64,000 nt of DNA from positions 118,668,001 through 118,732,000 of the forward strand of contig OZ024742.1 in NCBI GenBank assembly GCA_964016885.1. Reading direction: 5' to 3'. This stretch comes from Eledone cirrhosa. Lineage: Eukaryota. The notes beneath the pieces were generated by a model that saw only the letters and a list, made by a program, of their open reading frames with translations, made no database searches and was not told the origin of the DNA. Within the stretch, counting starts at the first letter, position 1. Every line of letters begins with the position of its first letter. This document shows positions 39,159-51,100 of this stretch, piece by piece. The position numbers and the translations under genes were made by a program.

Positions 39159-42100
39159 GTAAGTACATAGTTTGATTTTTACTTATATGTTTATTTTTTA
39201 TGTTTTCAGGTAGAATTTTGGAATATTAAAATATTTTGCCAAAATTTGATTGGGAATGAGATATAAAACAAAATAGTATTGCAGTTCTGAGTGCTCTCTA
39301 TTTTTCATTGTGAATCAATATTCTGTGCATATTAATATTATTATATAACTTTTAGCAACGTATTACTCTGTGTGTATTTAGTTTCAAATAGATACATAGT
39401 ATCCTTGCATGTCATAGAAGGTGACTAGAATAGTTAGCACCAGGAAAGACATCTGGTTGTAAACAAGACCCCTTGAGAGCCAACAAGGATAACCCTTTTT
39501 CTAGCAGGTAAAATAGCCTTTAAATAATTGAATAATTTTTTAATTATTTTTTTGATAAATACATAGAACCTCAGTACACAAACTTAATTCATTTCTGAAG
39601 CCGTTTGTCACCTGAAATGTTCATAAACCGAAAATATTTTTCCCATGTGAAATGTTGAAAGAGAGACAGTATGTGAAAGACAGATAGATATCACCATAGT
39701 AACTAACTACACAACAAGTGACACTTTCCTGTCAATACTCCCAGCTTGCAACCAACCATTGTTGCTGGCATCCATGTTTGTTACTCGAGACACTGTTGGT
39801 CGCTTGAGACATTTTATGTTCAGAAAAATTGTTCGTGAACTAACATTCCACTGTATTTCCTATCTAATCTCAAACTTTCATATAGGTCAATATAAATGTT
39901 TTTCTAAAACTTAGACAATACTTTCTGAAACTTGTATTACCTAAATAAGAACAGAACAGAAGAGAAAATTTCAGCTCCTTCAATAATACATAAACATCCA
40001 AAATCTTTCTGTTTATTGAAAATCAACAAGTTTCTAATATTAAGGAAGCTAACAATTAATGTAGTTACTACCATGACAATTATAATATAACCTTATTATT
40101 ATATATTCAGGACTTAACAAGTCTAACACAAGCTGTTGGCACCTATAAAATAAGCTGTCAAATTCTAAATACTGCTAGATATCTTTGTTTTAGTAAATGT
40201 GTCACTTGAATAAAATAAATAAATAGACAAAGAAATGAGATTAAAATAAAATAAAAAACAGAATTGTGGAGATAAAAATCAATATTCTATTAATATTCCA
40301 TTCACCACCATGCCTCAATTTTTTATTTTTTCAAGCTCTTATGGGTCGGGACAGATAGCATGAATAGATTTATTTTGTTGTTATTTAGTAGTGTTGGTAG
40401 AGCGTCGGACAACATGCTTTGTCACATAGAATTACAGCCATTTAAGTTCTGAGTTCAAACTCTGCTGAGTTTAGCTTTGCCTTTCGTCCTTACGGGGTCG
40501 ATAAATAAAGCACCAGTAATGTACTGGGGTCAATTTGATCGACTTTCCCCTTTCCCCAAAATTGTCCGCCTTGTACCTAAATCAGAAATCCTTATATGTA
40601 TGATAACAGCACAAATCAACTAATGAAAAGTAGTCATGTTCTTTCATTTGCTCATTTTGTCTTTCTCTAAAATGCAAAATCTTAGGTGGATTTACAAAGG
40701 TAAAGGTGATGCACTAGATAGAGGAAACTATAGAGGTATAAAGCTGATGGACCAGGTCATGAAAGTAACAGAAAGAGTTATAGCACAGTTGATTAGGGAC
40801 CGGGTGAAACTAGACGAGATGCAATTTGGGTTTGTACCAGGAAGAGGCACCACTGATGCCCTCTTCCTTGTCAGGCAGTTACAGGAAAAGTACCTAGCTA
40901 AAAGTAAGCCACTCTACCTGGCATTTGTCGACCTTGAGAAAGCCTTTGACAGAGTTCCACGTGCTGTAATCTGGTGGGCTCTTGGAAAACTAGGAGTAGA
41001 TGAATAGCTTGTGAAAGCGGTACAAGCCATGTATAGGGGAGCAGTCAGCAAAGTTAGGATTAGCAATGAGTATAGCGAGGAATTTAGCGTACAGGTTGGT
41101 GTCCACCAGGGCTCTGTTATTAGCCCTCTCCTGTTCATCATAGTCCTGCAGGCAATAACGGAGGAGTTTAAGACCGGATGCCCATGGGAATTCCTGTATG
41201 CTGATGGCCTCGCACTTGTAGCTGAATCTATGGTAGAACTAGAGAAGAAATTCCAAACTTGGAAGCAGGGACTAGAAAGAAAGTGTCTCAAAGTCAACAT
41301 GACAAAGACTAAGATCCTTGTAAGTAGACGAGAAAACAGAACCCAGATCCCCTCAGGGAAATGGCCTTGCTCAGTATGTAGGAAAGGTGTAGGTAGGAAC
41401 TCCATTCTCTGCCCCAAATGCAAACAATGGGTACACAAGAGATGTAGCGGGATCTCAGGAAGCTTAATTAAGAATGTAGGCTTCACATGTAGCAGCTGTG
41501 CTGGGACAGCAAGCAGCAAACAGCCACAGGAAACAAGTACCACCAATCTCTGGGAGGGCTCTGTAGAAACAGTAGACAGCTTCTGCTACCTAGGTGACCG
41601 AATTAGCAGCGGAGGTGGGTGTTCAGAAAGTACAATAACTAGGGTAAGAACGGGATGGAAGAAGTTTAGGGAACTACTACCACTGCTAGCTGTAAAAGGC
41701 TTCTCCCTCAGAATGAAAGGCAGACTGTATGATGCGTGTATCCGAACAGTGATGTTGCATGGTAGTGAGACCTGGGCGCTGAAGGTGGAAGACTTACGTA
41801 GATTAGAGAGAAACGAAGCCTGCATGCTCCGATGGATGTGTGACAGTAATATACGCGAACGACAAAGCATAAATGAATTGAGAGAGAGACTGAGCATAAG
41901 AGGAATCAAATGCTGTGTGCAGGAGAGGCGGTTGCGCTGGTATGGACATGTGATGCGTATGAAGGATGACAGCTGCATAAAAAGGTGCAGAGCACTAGAA
42001 GTCGATGGAAACCGCGGAGTGGGGAGACCCAAGAAGACCTGGGATGAGGTGATAAAAGCCGACCTTACCCAATTACACCTCTCAAAGGCGATGACACACG

Positions 42101-45100
42101 ACCGTGACCTCTGGTGTCACGCAGTAATACAGAGTACCCGACCTCCCATGGGTACAAGCTGAAGCATATAGACAATATGCCCCCACTGCAAGGTGGTCGT
42201 GGAGGTGCCACGGCAAAAAAGCACCCAGCCCACACTGTAAAGTGGACGTGTAGGCGCCACGAAAAAGCACCCAGCACTCACTGTAAATGAGGTTGGTGTT
42301 ATGAAGGGCATCCAGCTGTAGAAATCAAGCCAAATCAGTTCCTGTATGAGCAAGGCATGGTCAGCCGACCAGACACTGCCCACAACAGGACAACTCGTCT
42401 AACCCATGCTAGCGTGGAAGAACGGACGTAAAACGGTGATGATGATGATGTTACCTCATGGTCCAAGCCAACAGAATTGCGAAGGCATGAATTATTATCC
42501 TTGAGAATATTGAGAGAAATATGCTGAAAGAGCCAATCTAACTCATGGGGCCCGTTTTTGTAGGTGACCAACTCCATGCTGATGTTACTTGTTTCTCTTA
42601 TTCCTTTTGTCAATGAAATTACTATTAAGTTACCTAAAACATTCATTATTTTTACTCACTGCATCTCCTTCAAATCAGAAGACAGTTCTTATAGTCTGCC
42701 TTTTCATATACATTTTCTTTTTATACATCCAGTAGATTATACTTGTCTAATTATTCACCAGCCTCTATCTCAGAGGGTCTCAAACTTTTTGGGCCATCGC
42801 CCCCTCACAGCCACATAATACCTTCAGCGCACCCCAACCCTATTTCCAGATAGACCTGCCAACACGCAAGTTATAGATAATATAATATATACTATATCCG
42901 GATAGTAAACCAAGTAATACAGAATGGGTTCATACCAAATGACTGGCGTAGCAGCAACATCATTAACTGCTACAAGGGTAACGGAGATGCTCTAGATAGG
43001 GGAAACTATAAGGCTTTAAGTTAGTTGACCAGGTCATGAAGGTCACAGAAAGAGTTATAGCGCAACTAATCAGAGAGCGAATTGATCTAGATGAAATGCA
43101 GTTTGGGTTTGTTTGTGTCAGGTAAAAGTACCACAGACGCTCTTTTTCTTGTACGACAACTACAGAAGTACCTAGCTAAAAGTAAACCTGTCTACTTATC
43201 TTTTGTTGACTTGGAGAAAGCCTTTGACAGAGTCTCCCGCTTGACTATCTGATGGGCTCTTAGAAAACTAGGTGTTGATGAATGGCTTGTGAGAGCTATA
43301 CAAGCCATGTACAAAGAAACAGTCAGCAAGGTTAGAATTAACAACGAATATAGTGAAGAATTTAGCATAAAAGTTGGTATTCATCAAGGCTCTGTCCTTA
43401 GCCCCCTCCTATTTATTATCGCCCTTCAGGCTATAACAGAGGAGTTCAAGACCGGCTGCCCATGGGAACTTCTATACGCAGATGATCTAACTCTCATAGC
43501 TGAATCGGTGGCTGAAATAGAGAAGAAATTCCAAACATGGAAGCATGGCTTAGAATCAAAAGGCCTTAAAGTTAACTCGTCTAAGACTAAAGTTCTAGTA
43601 TGTAGAAAGGAAAATAGAGACAGATGCCCTCTGGGAAATGGCTATGCTCAGTGTGTAGGAAAGGAGTAGGCAGAAATTCCATTTTCTGTCCCAAATGCAA
43701 ACTATGGATACATAAAAGATGTAGTGGGATCACAGGTAAGCTATCTAAGAACGTAGATTTTATATGTGGCTGATGCTCAGGTGCAATAAGTAACAAGTGC
43801 CCACAGGATACTAGCTCCTTCAATTGCCCAGATGGTTCTATAGAAATAGTGGACACCTTGGTGACAAAATCAGCAGTGGTGGAGGGTGCTCTGAAAGTAC
43901 AGTAGCCAAAGTCAGAATGGGATGGAAAAAGTTCAGAGAGCTTATACCACTATTGGCACTAAAGGTTTCTCTTTAAAAATGAAAGGCAGATTGTATGATG
44001 CCTGCATACGAACAGCAATGTTACATGGCAGTGGGACTTGAGCATTGTGTGCAGAGGACCTGCGCAGACTGGAGAGGAACGAAGCTTGCATGCTCTGTTG
44101 GGTGTGTAATAGTAATATACGCGAACAGCAAAGCGTAAATGAACTAAGTGAGAAATTAGGAATAAGAGGGATCAGATGCTGTATACTCGAGAGAAGACTA
44201 CATTGGTATGGTCACGTGATGCGCATGAAAGACGACAGCTGTATAAAAAAGTGCAGGGCGATCAAAATTGATGGAAGTTACGGAGTAGGTAGACCCAGAA
44301 AAACCTGGGACGATTTGATAAATTCCGACCTTACACACTTACACCTCTCTAATACAATGTCACTGGACCGAGATCTTTGGCGCTACGCAGTAATACAGAA
44401 GACCCGCCTTGCCTATGTACAAAGCGAAACCTACAGTCAGTAGGCACCTCTTAACCAAATATACACCCCCATCCGACTACCCCCCCCCCCCCCCCCCCCA
44501 CTCCCACCAACACCACCCTTTCTCTGTAAAGTTATGTTGGTACCACAACATCCAGTCCTAAATAAATGAGGTTGTGTAGGTGTCACGACAAAAAAAAACA
44601 CACAGTCCACGCTGTAATGTGGCCGTGTAAGTAACACGGTAAAAACCTCCCAGTCCACACTGTAAACGTGGTTGGTGTTAGGAAGGGCATCCAGCCATAG
44701 AAAACCTGCCAGACAGTCCTATACGAGCGAGACACGGTCACCCAACCAATCTTGCCTCAAGTGGGACAATTCCCATCTAAACCCATGCTAGCGTGGAAGA
44801 TGGACGTTAAACGATGATGATGATACTATGCATAAATGAATATTATATAATTTTTTTTATTTTACTATATATATAATATGTATCATTTGATATTTAATAT
44901 ACTATTATAACATCTCTACAGCCCCCTAGACCACCTCAAGGCTCACCGGGGGGTGGTAGCGCCACTTTGAGAATCTCTGCTCTATCTTATCTACTCAATG
45001 CAAATTCTGCAACAGATTTTTTACATATGCTGTCTATAGCCTGCCTTTTGCCAAGAGCAGGGATCAACAACATTTTGAAACAGCCGACTTTCAATTTTCT

Positions 45101-48100
45101 TTTTGGTTTTACCCATGACCCACATGTATATTATATTATATCTTACATATAAAACTTTGAAACTGTCCAAGACCCACAGAGATCACATCAATGGTTCACT
45201 TTGTTGCCAACCCCTACCCTATATAGAGAAAACATCTAAAGCGGTTCTTGCAGCTCTATTGAACCAGGTCATCATCATGTCAAAGATTTCAAAATATCCA
45301 ATTGTGTGTATTTGTGTTATCGCCTTAAAAACTATAATGAATAGTTGGGGATAAAGTCACAGCTTTGTTGGACACGTTTTTTTACTGAGTTTTTCACTAA
45401 ATTTGCTGCCAATCTTACAACACCATACTATATGTTTTAAACTTCTTGTATGTCATTAATTTACACCTGGTTTTCTCAATCTCCACCAAACTACAGGGTT
45501 TTCTCCAAATCAATGAATGCAAAGTTAAATTCTTAACTAAGAATGCTTCATGCAGTTGTCTCACTATAAATATGGTATCTGTAACCCATGTCTCTGTACA
45601 AACCCAAACTACCCAAAACCAGCCTGATTCTATTCTGCACTAACTTTGCTCTGACTCTTACAACAGCTTTTATTATTGTGTCCATTAGATTTAGGCCTCT
45701 ATAATTGTCTCTCTCCCATACATCTTTGCTCTTTAAGCAGTTTGCAATGCTATTTTGCCCTGTCCGTTATTGGAGATAGTTCCAGAGTACACTACTATAA
45801 ACAACAGCCAAATCTTCCTCTTATCACATCCTACCAATTTTTAAAGGGGAAAGGACACACTGGATAATTATAGTCCTAAAAACACTGTCTGGAGAAGAAA
45901 AGATGGAATGATCACAGCTGGAATGTCTTTGATCATAGGTTTACTCAGTCAGAGTTGAACTGAGGTTAAACAACAACATTTCATATGATCCATTAAAGAA
46001 ACTTTTACATGATAAAGGCATTTTTTTTTTCCCAACAAAGGACTTTCTATGAAACATTTATACATTTCCTCTTGTGAAACACAAATTTAAACAATTTTTG
46101 CAGGTGGCAATTGTCACTAGTTTTCTCAGATGCTAGTGTTTTTTGTAGTTTACCTTCCTGGTTAATGAGTCCCACTCCTTCACAGTTAAAAATATCTAAT
46201 AAAAAAGAACCTATACTACAGTGAAAGTCTTTTTACAGCTGATTGTCCTTTTCCTCACTATTAAACCATTAAATAAGTATTGTAGCTACTGTTCAGTTAA
46301 ATTGAATTAGGCAAATAAAGATCCTACTATTATACCATTCAGAGTATTGGAATTTATATCTCTGGTCCCAAATCTGAACTGCTCAACTATGTTATTCTTA
46401 TTAACTTATTTACTGCTAGACTCTACAGGGAATGAGAATTATCAAGTTTCCTATGAAATAAAAAAACAAAACAACTGTAACAACTATTCACAATTTGACC
46501 TAGTGGATTAATATGAAAATGGACACCAGTGTATAATTTCTGTTTTACTCACATTTGTTAGCTATTTCATTGGCTACAGCTGGTGTTATGCAATTTCTTT
46601 AAATTCAATAGAATCTACTTTTTTTTATATTTCAATATTGTATATTTAGAAAACTCAACACAAATAGTGTTAAAAGTAGATCAAATCTCCTAGTTGTTTC
46701 ACTATGAAAAATATTTGGTAATTTAATTTGGTCACTGTTTTATTTTTCTACTTTTATTAACATTAAAAGATTATTGATTCTAATCTTAGTTTTATCAAAT
46801 TCTTTTACTGCCATTAAATGGATGACATTCTACTCCTTTATTTATTTTGTATTTTTATCAAGCTTGCTGAGATATATTTTCCCTTGTATGTCTTAGTATC
46901 ACTGTTACTTTAGAAATCATTCTGTATGCTACTTTACTTGATATTTTGTACATACTTTAGTATGTTTATAATTGTAAAATATTTATAGAATAGAATAGCA
47001 AAATATAAACAATCTGGGTATATTATTGTTATATAACAGAAGAGTGGAGTTGAAAGTTCTGTAAGTCAGTTACCCTGCTTATTTTTCCCTTTAGTTTTAA
47101 TAGATAATTGTTTTATTTCTTATATATGGTGATGCATTTAACCCAAATGAATTATCAACATAGATTACAATAAAATAAAATAGAATGCCTTCTATACTAC
47201 TAAAAACAACTGTTTAGTATTATTGAGCTATGACATGTTAACTCTTAGTGTCCTGTACTGCAAGAAACCACATTAACAAGGCATTTTTGAAATGTTCAAA
47301 GCAGCACTGAGTGCATCACATTGAAATTTAAAGTTTTTACTTCAGTTTACTACAAACTTTTACAACGATCTGCCCACCAGTAAATATACTATAAACTTTT
47401 AAATTAACAGCAGATTTTAGATATTTTCTACTAAATCATTACCAGATGTTAAATGTTAATAGAATAATTGTCAACTAATTTTCAGCAAGTTAGTGAACAC
47501 TTAATGAATAACATATCTTGGAGGTTAGATGTATTTTGGGATATAATTGGAGCACATATAGTTTTAGAGACACAGATATCTTTTTATATGTTGATGTATC
47601 CAGTACTACCTAACATTTTGGTCCCTTATTTTGAGGTATATTTAATCCACTGATTCTCAACGCGGCATCAGATTTACCATCATCATCATCATACGTCCAC
47701 TTTTCCCTGATTGCGGGTCCTATTCACCATATTAGTTTTAATTAATGATCAGGAGATTTAAATACAAAAATAACCACATTAAAGCTATTATTATATTACA
47801 TGCTATTGAATGAATCTCATATTACTTAAATCAGTTTATTTCAGCACAGAAGCAGAGGGTGCACACCATTAGAATCTATTGTAATTGTAATTAAAAAATA
47901 AGCATAAACCATATAAAACAAATCAGCCATCCAACACATGCAGAACTTCTTTTATAGGATTTTCCAGAGGATGATTTACCAAAACAGTCCTTCTGGAGGT
48001 TCCAGCAGTAATCTGCCGTTACATATTCCACTTTCTCTGCTACTTCTCTTCTATTGTCTTTATATCCTGATGAAATAGTTTTCCTAAATCATTATTCTTT

Positions 48101-51100
48101 TCTGGAAGGTGATCTATGTAACTGGAGGTAATGGATCTTGATACACATGTTACAGCCAATCTTTATAAAATTGGAGAGCATGTCCTCTAACTTGGCCAAA
48201 ATTTTGAACTCTGCATTTAGTAGAATTATGGGCCTGAAATTATTTATGTAGTCCCCCTTGTTCGGGTCCTTTCTCAGCAGCGTTACCGCTCCTCAACTCA
48301 CAGAACTGGGAATTCAGTTGCAGTAGACATCTGCCAAAAGGCTGCTGAACAAGTCTGACACGTGAACATAAAGCTTGTATGGCAGACCATCCAAACCAGG
48401 CGATTTACACCTCGTGTAATTAGTCATTACATCCCATATTTCAGCGGTTGTTATTGGCCTTTCGCAGCAATCCACCTCCATTGTCAAGAGCCATGGCAGG
48501 CTGTCAAGGTAATGAAAAGTCCATCCCATGCCCGCCACTGCTTTCAATCAGTTGAGCAAATTACTGCTGAAAGGCTGCACACATCTGCTTTGTTGTCACA
48601 CTGTGCCTCTGCCATTTGGGCCCATTGAACGGCTTTCATCCCTTCATGTCTAAGAGCCATGAGTAATTGTTAAAATAGTTTGGTTTCATTTTTTGGTGGG
48701 GATAGGGGAGTAAACAACAGCAAACTAGTTTAATGTAAAAGTCTAACATTTGGACTTATTGTGCTCTCTTCTAAATAGCCTACCGAAATAATCCAATTCC
48801 TCCAAAAACATAAGCTATGTGCCACCTTATTCAGTTCCATGTAATGGTTTCATAGAACAGACATATTTTTAGCAATAATTTTAACACCAAACACAATGTT
48901 GAATGATATACTGAGGCAATGTTTTTAGTAGCTGATTCTGTAATATAGTTTTTCACTATATATAAAGAGATTAGCTGAGTGTATTTTGGTTTAGAATAGG
49001 TACATCTTATACCTGCATGTAAGAGACAACTAAAAGACTTGGCATCAGGAAGGACATACCAAAAGTAGTGTTATTCATCTTGTTTTATTTTTTTTTTTTC
49101 ATGTTGTTTACCTTTTTGTCAGTCTTATTAAAATGCAAATATGACATTGGAAATGTTACTCTTGAGTTGCTTTAAATGATTCGTGAATTTTAAAATATTT
49201 CTCTCTTCAGGCCGTACTCTGCGAGGAAAAGCATTTTACAATGTCCATGGAAAAGTTTACTGTGAAGAAGATTACCTCGTAAGTTAATGTTATTTTATTA
49301 AGATAATTATAAGTTTAAATGTAATATTAGTAGTGACTTTTCATAACAGTGATTAGAAAATATCATTGATATAATATTTGCCATTTTATATTCTCATACC
49401 AATGATATTTGACTATATCCCACCATTCTGGAATCCTATTTTGTCACACACTATTGTTTACCACTGTTATTCGTCTTACTTTCTTTAGCCTGAGTTCTTT
49501 GGAAAGGCATTGCTGTAAGTTTTGTCAATTTCATAATTTCATTATCTTTCCTTTTTTCCTGATTTAATTTTTGGGGTTTCTATGTGGGTGCCCATATGAT
49601 GTGTTTAAGATTCAGAGTAACACAATAAATTGTTGGTATTATTATAAGTTTTTCAGTAAACTATTAGCTTTATTATACCATTTTTGTAAAGATATATTTA
49701 ATTAAAAAATATATAATTTGAAAATTCATATTTATTGAGCTTTATAGATTTTCTGATTCTACATCATCACAATTTTATGTTTGTTTTTCTATGTTGGTCT
49801 TGATTGGGTGGGAACATCTCATTACTTGCTTAGGTCTATTGATATCTGACACACTCAACGACAGAAAACCACATGTATGTTTAGGAGGGATACAGTTCTA
49901 TTGTTGACCATTTTACATGGACTGGGTGCATTTTATCAGATCACCAGTAGAATTAAAGTCTCCTCTACTTCTTTATCAGATTTAATTTAGAGTTATTGCT
50001 CTATTAAATATGTTGACTTTGTTATGGTTTGCAGAATCCATGTTTCCTTTGTGTGATTAGGGTACAGCTCTTTTCAAAGGGTGCCTAACTTTCTAGATGT
50101 GTCACTTTAACTACAGTTGGGAAGCTTTATCTCTTAATAATGTTGTGGGGGAGTTAGTTACCAATGAGACTCATTGTGATAGTATAAGGCCACTGGTTGT
50201 TGCTGTGATATTAGGAGGGGAACCTTAATTAATAGGAGGAGCCCAGGTTTAATACAATTGGAATATCAGCTTTCCAGATAGGTCATTTTCGCTACAGCTG
50301 AGAAGCTGATAGGATGCATATATCAACCACTATTGATAATTTCTAAATATTTTAATAACAGCAACAATTTTCAACTCAGTATTTTCACAGAAAAAAAGCT
50401 TCCTGTTTCTCCAGTTATAAGGAGAAATGGCAGTGATGGCAACAAAAATAGCCCCTTACCAACAGCTTAAGTTGGCTGATTGATGCATCTACAACACCAG
50501 AACCACTAGCAATAACACAAACATAAAAAATACAGAAGCTGAGGCAGCAAAAGCAACATAGACAGCAGCATAATTTCTGCTATAACTGAAACTGCTTCCA
50601 CTGTAGCCAATACATCTGTCACCTCCAAAGGCAGCCACTGTAGCAGCAACCATAATAACAATGGATACAATAAAGCAGCTACAAGGACTGGGTCTTTTAG
50701 TAGTGAAGCAACAGTCACTGAGCAACTAGAAATATAATGAAAATCTTGCAAACATATCTAAAAAGAGGACAGGAGAGTCATTTTGGTTGTCACAAATAGT
50801 AAAGCAGGATGTCAACTGTAATATATCTGTGCATAAGCAATGCATGCCAAGATGGAAAAATGCCTGAATACAGTATAGAAGCAAAAACCTTTGTTACTTG
50901 TGCTAAGCAGCATGAACCATGAAGGTTAGAGCCCTCACAGAGGCCAAAACCAAGTCTCACCAATTTTCATAATAGACATGGATTGGTGAGTAACAAAGGT
51001 GACGGTGGTTGATATGTCACAAAAAATTAGCACCTGATATTTAATAACTGGTGGTAACAGGCTTTATCAGGAGAAGTGATTGGATATGGGGCTCTTAGTC

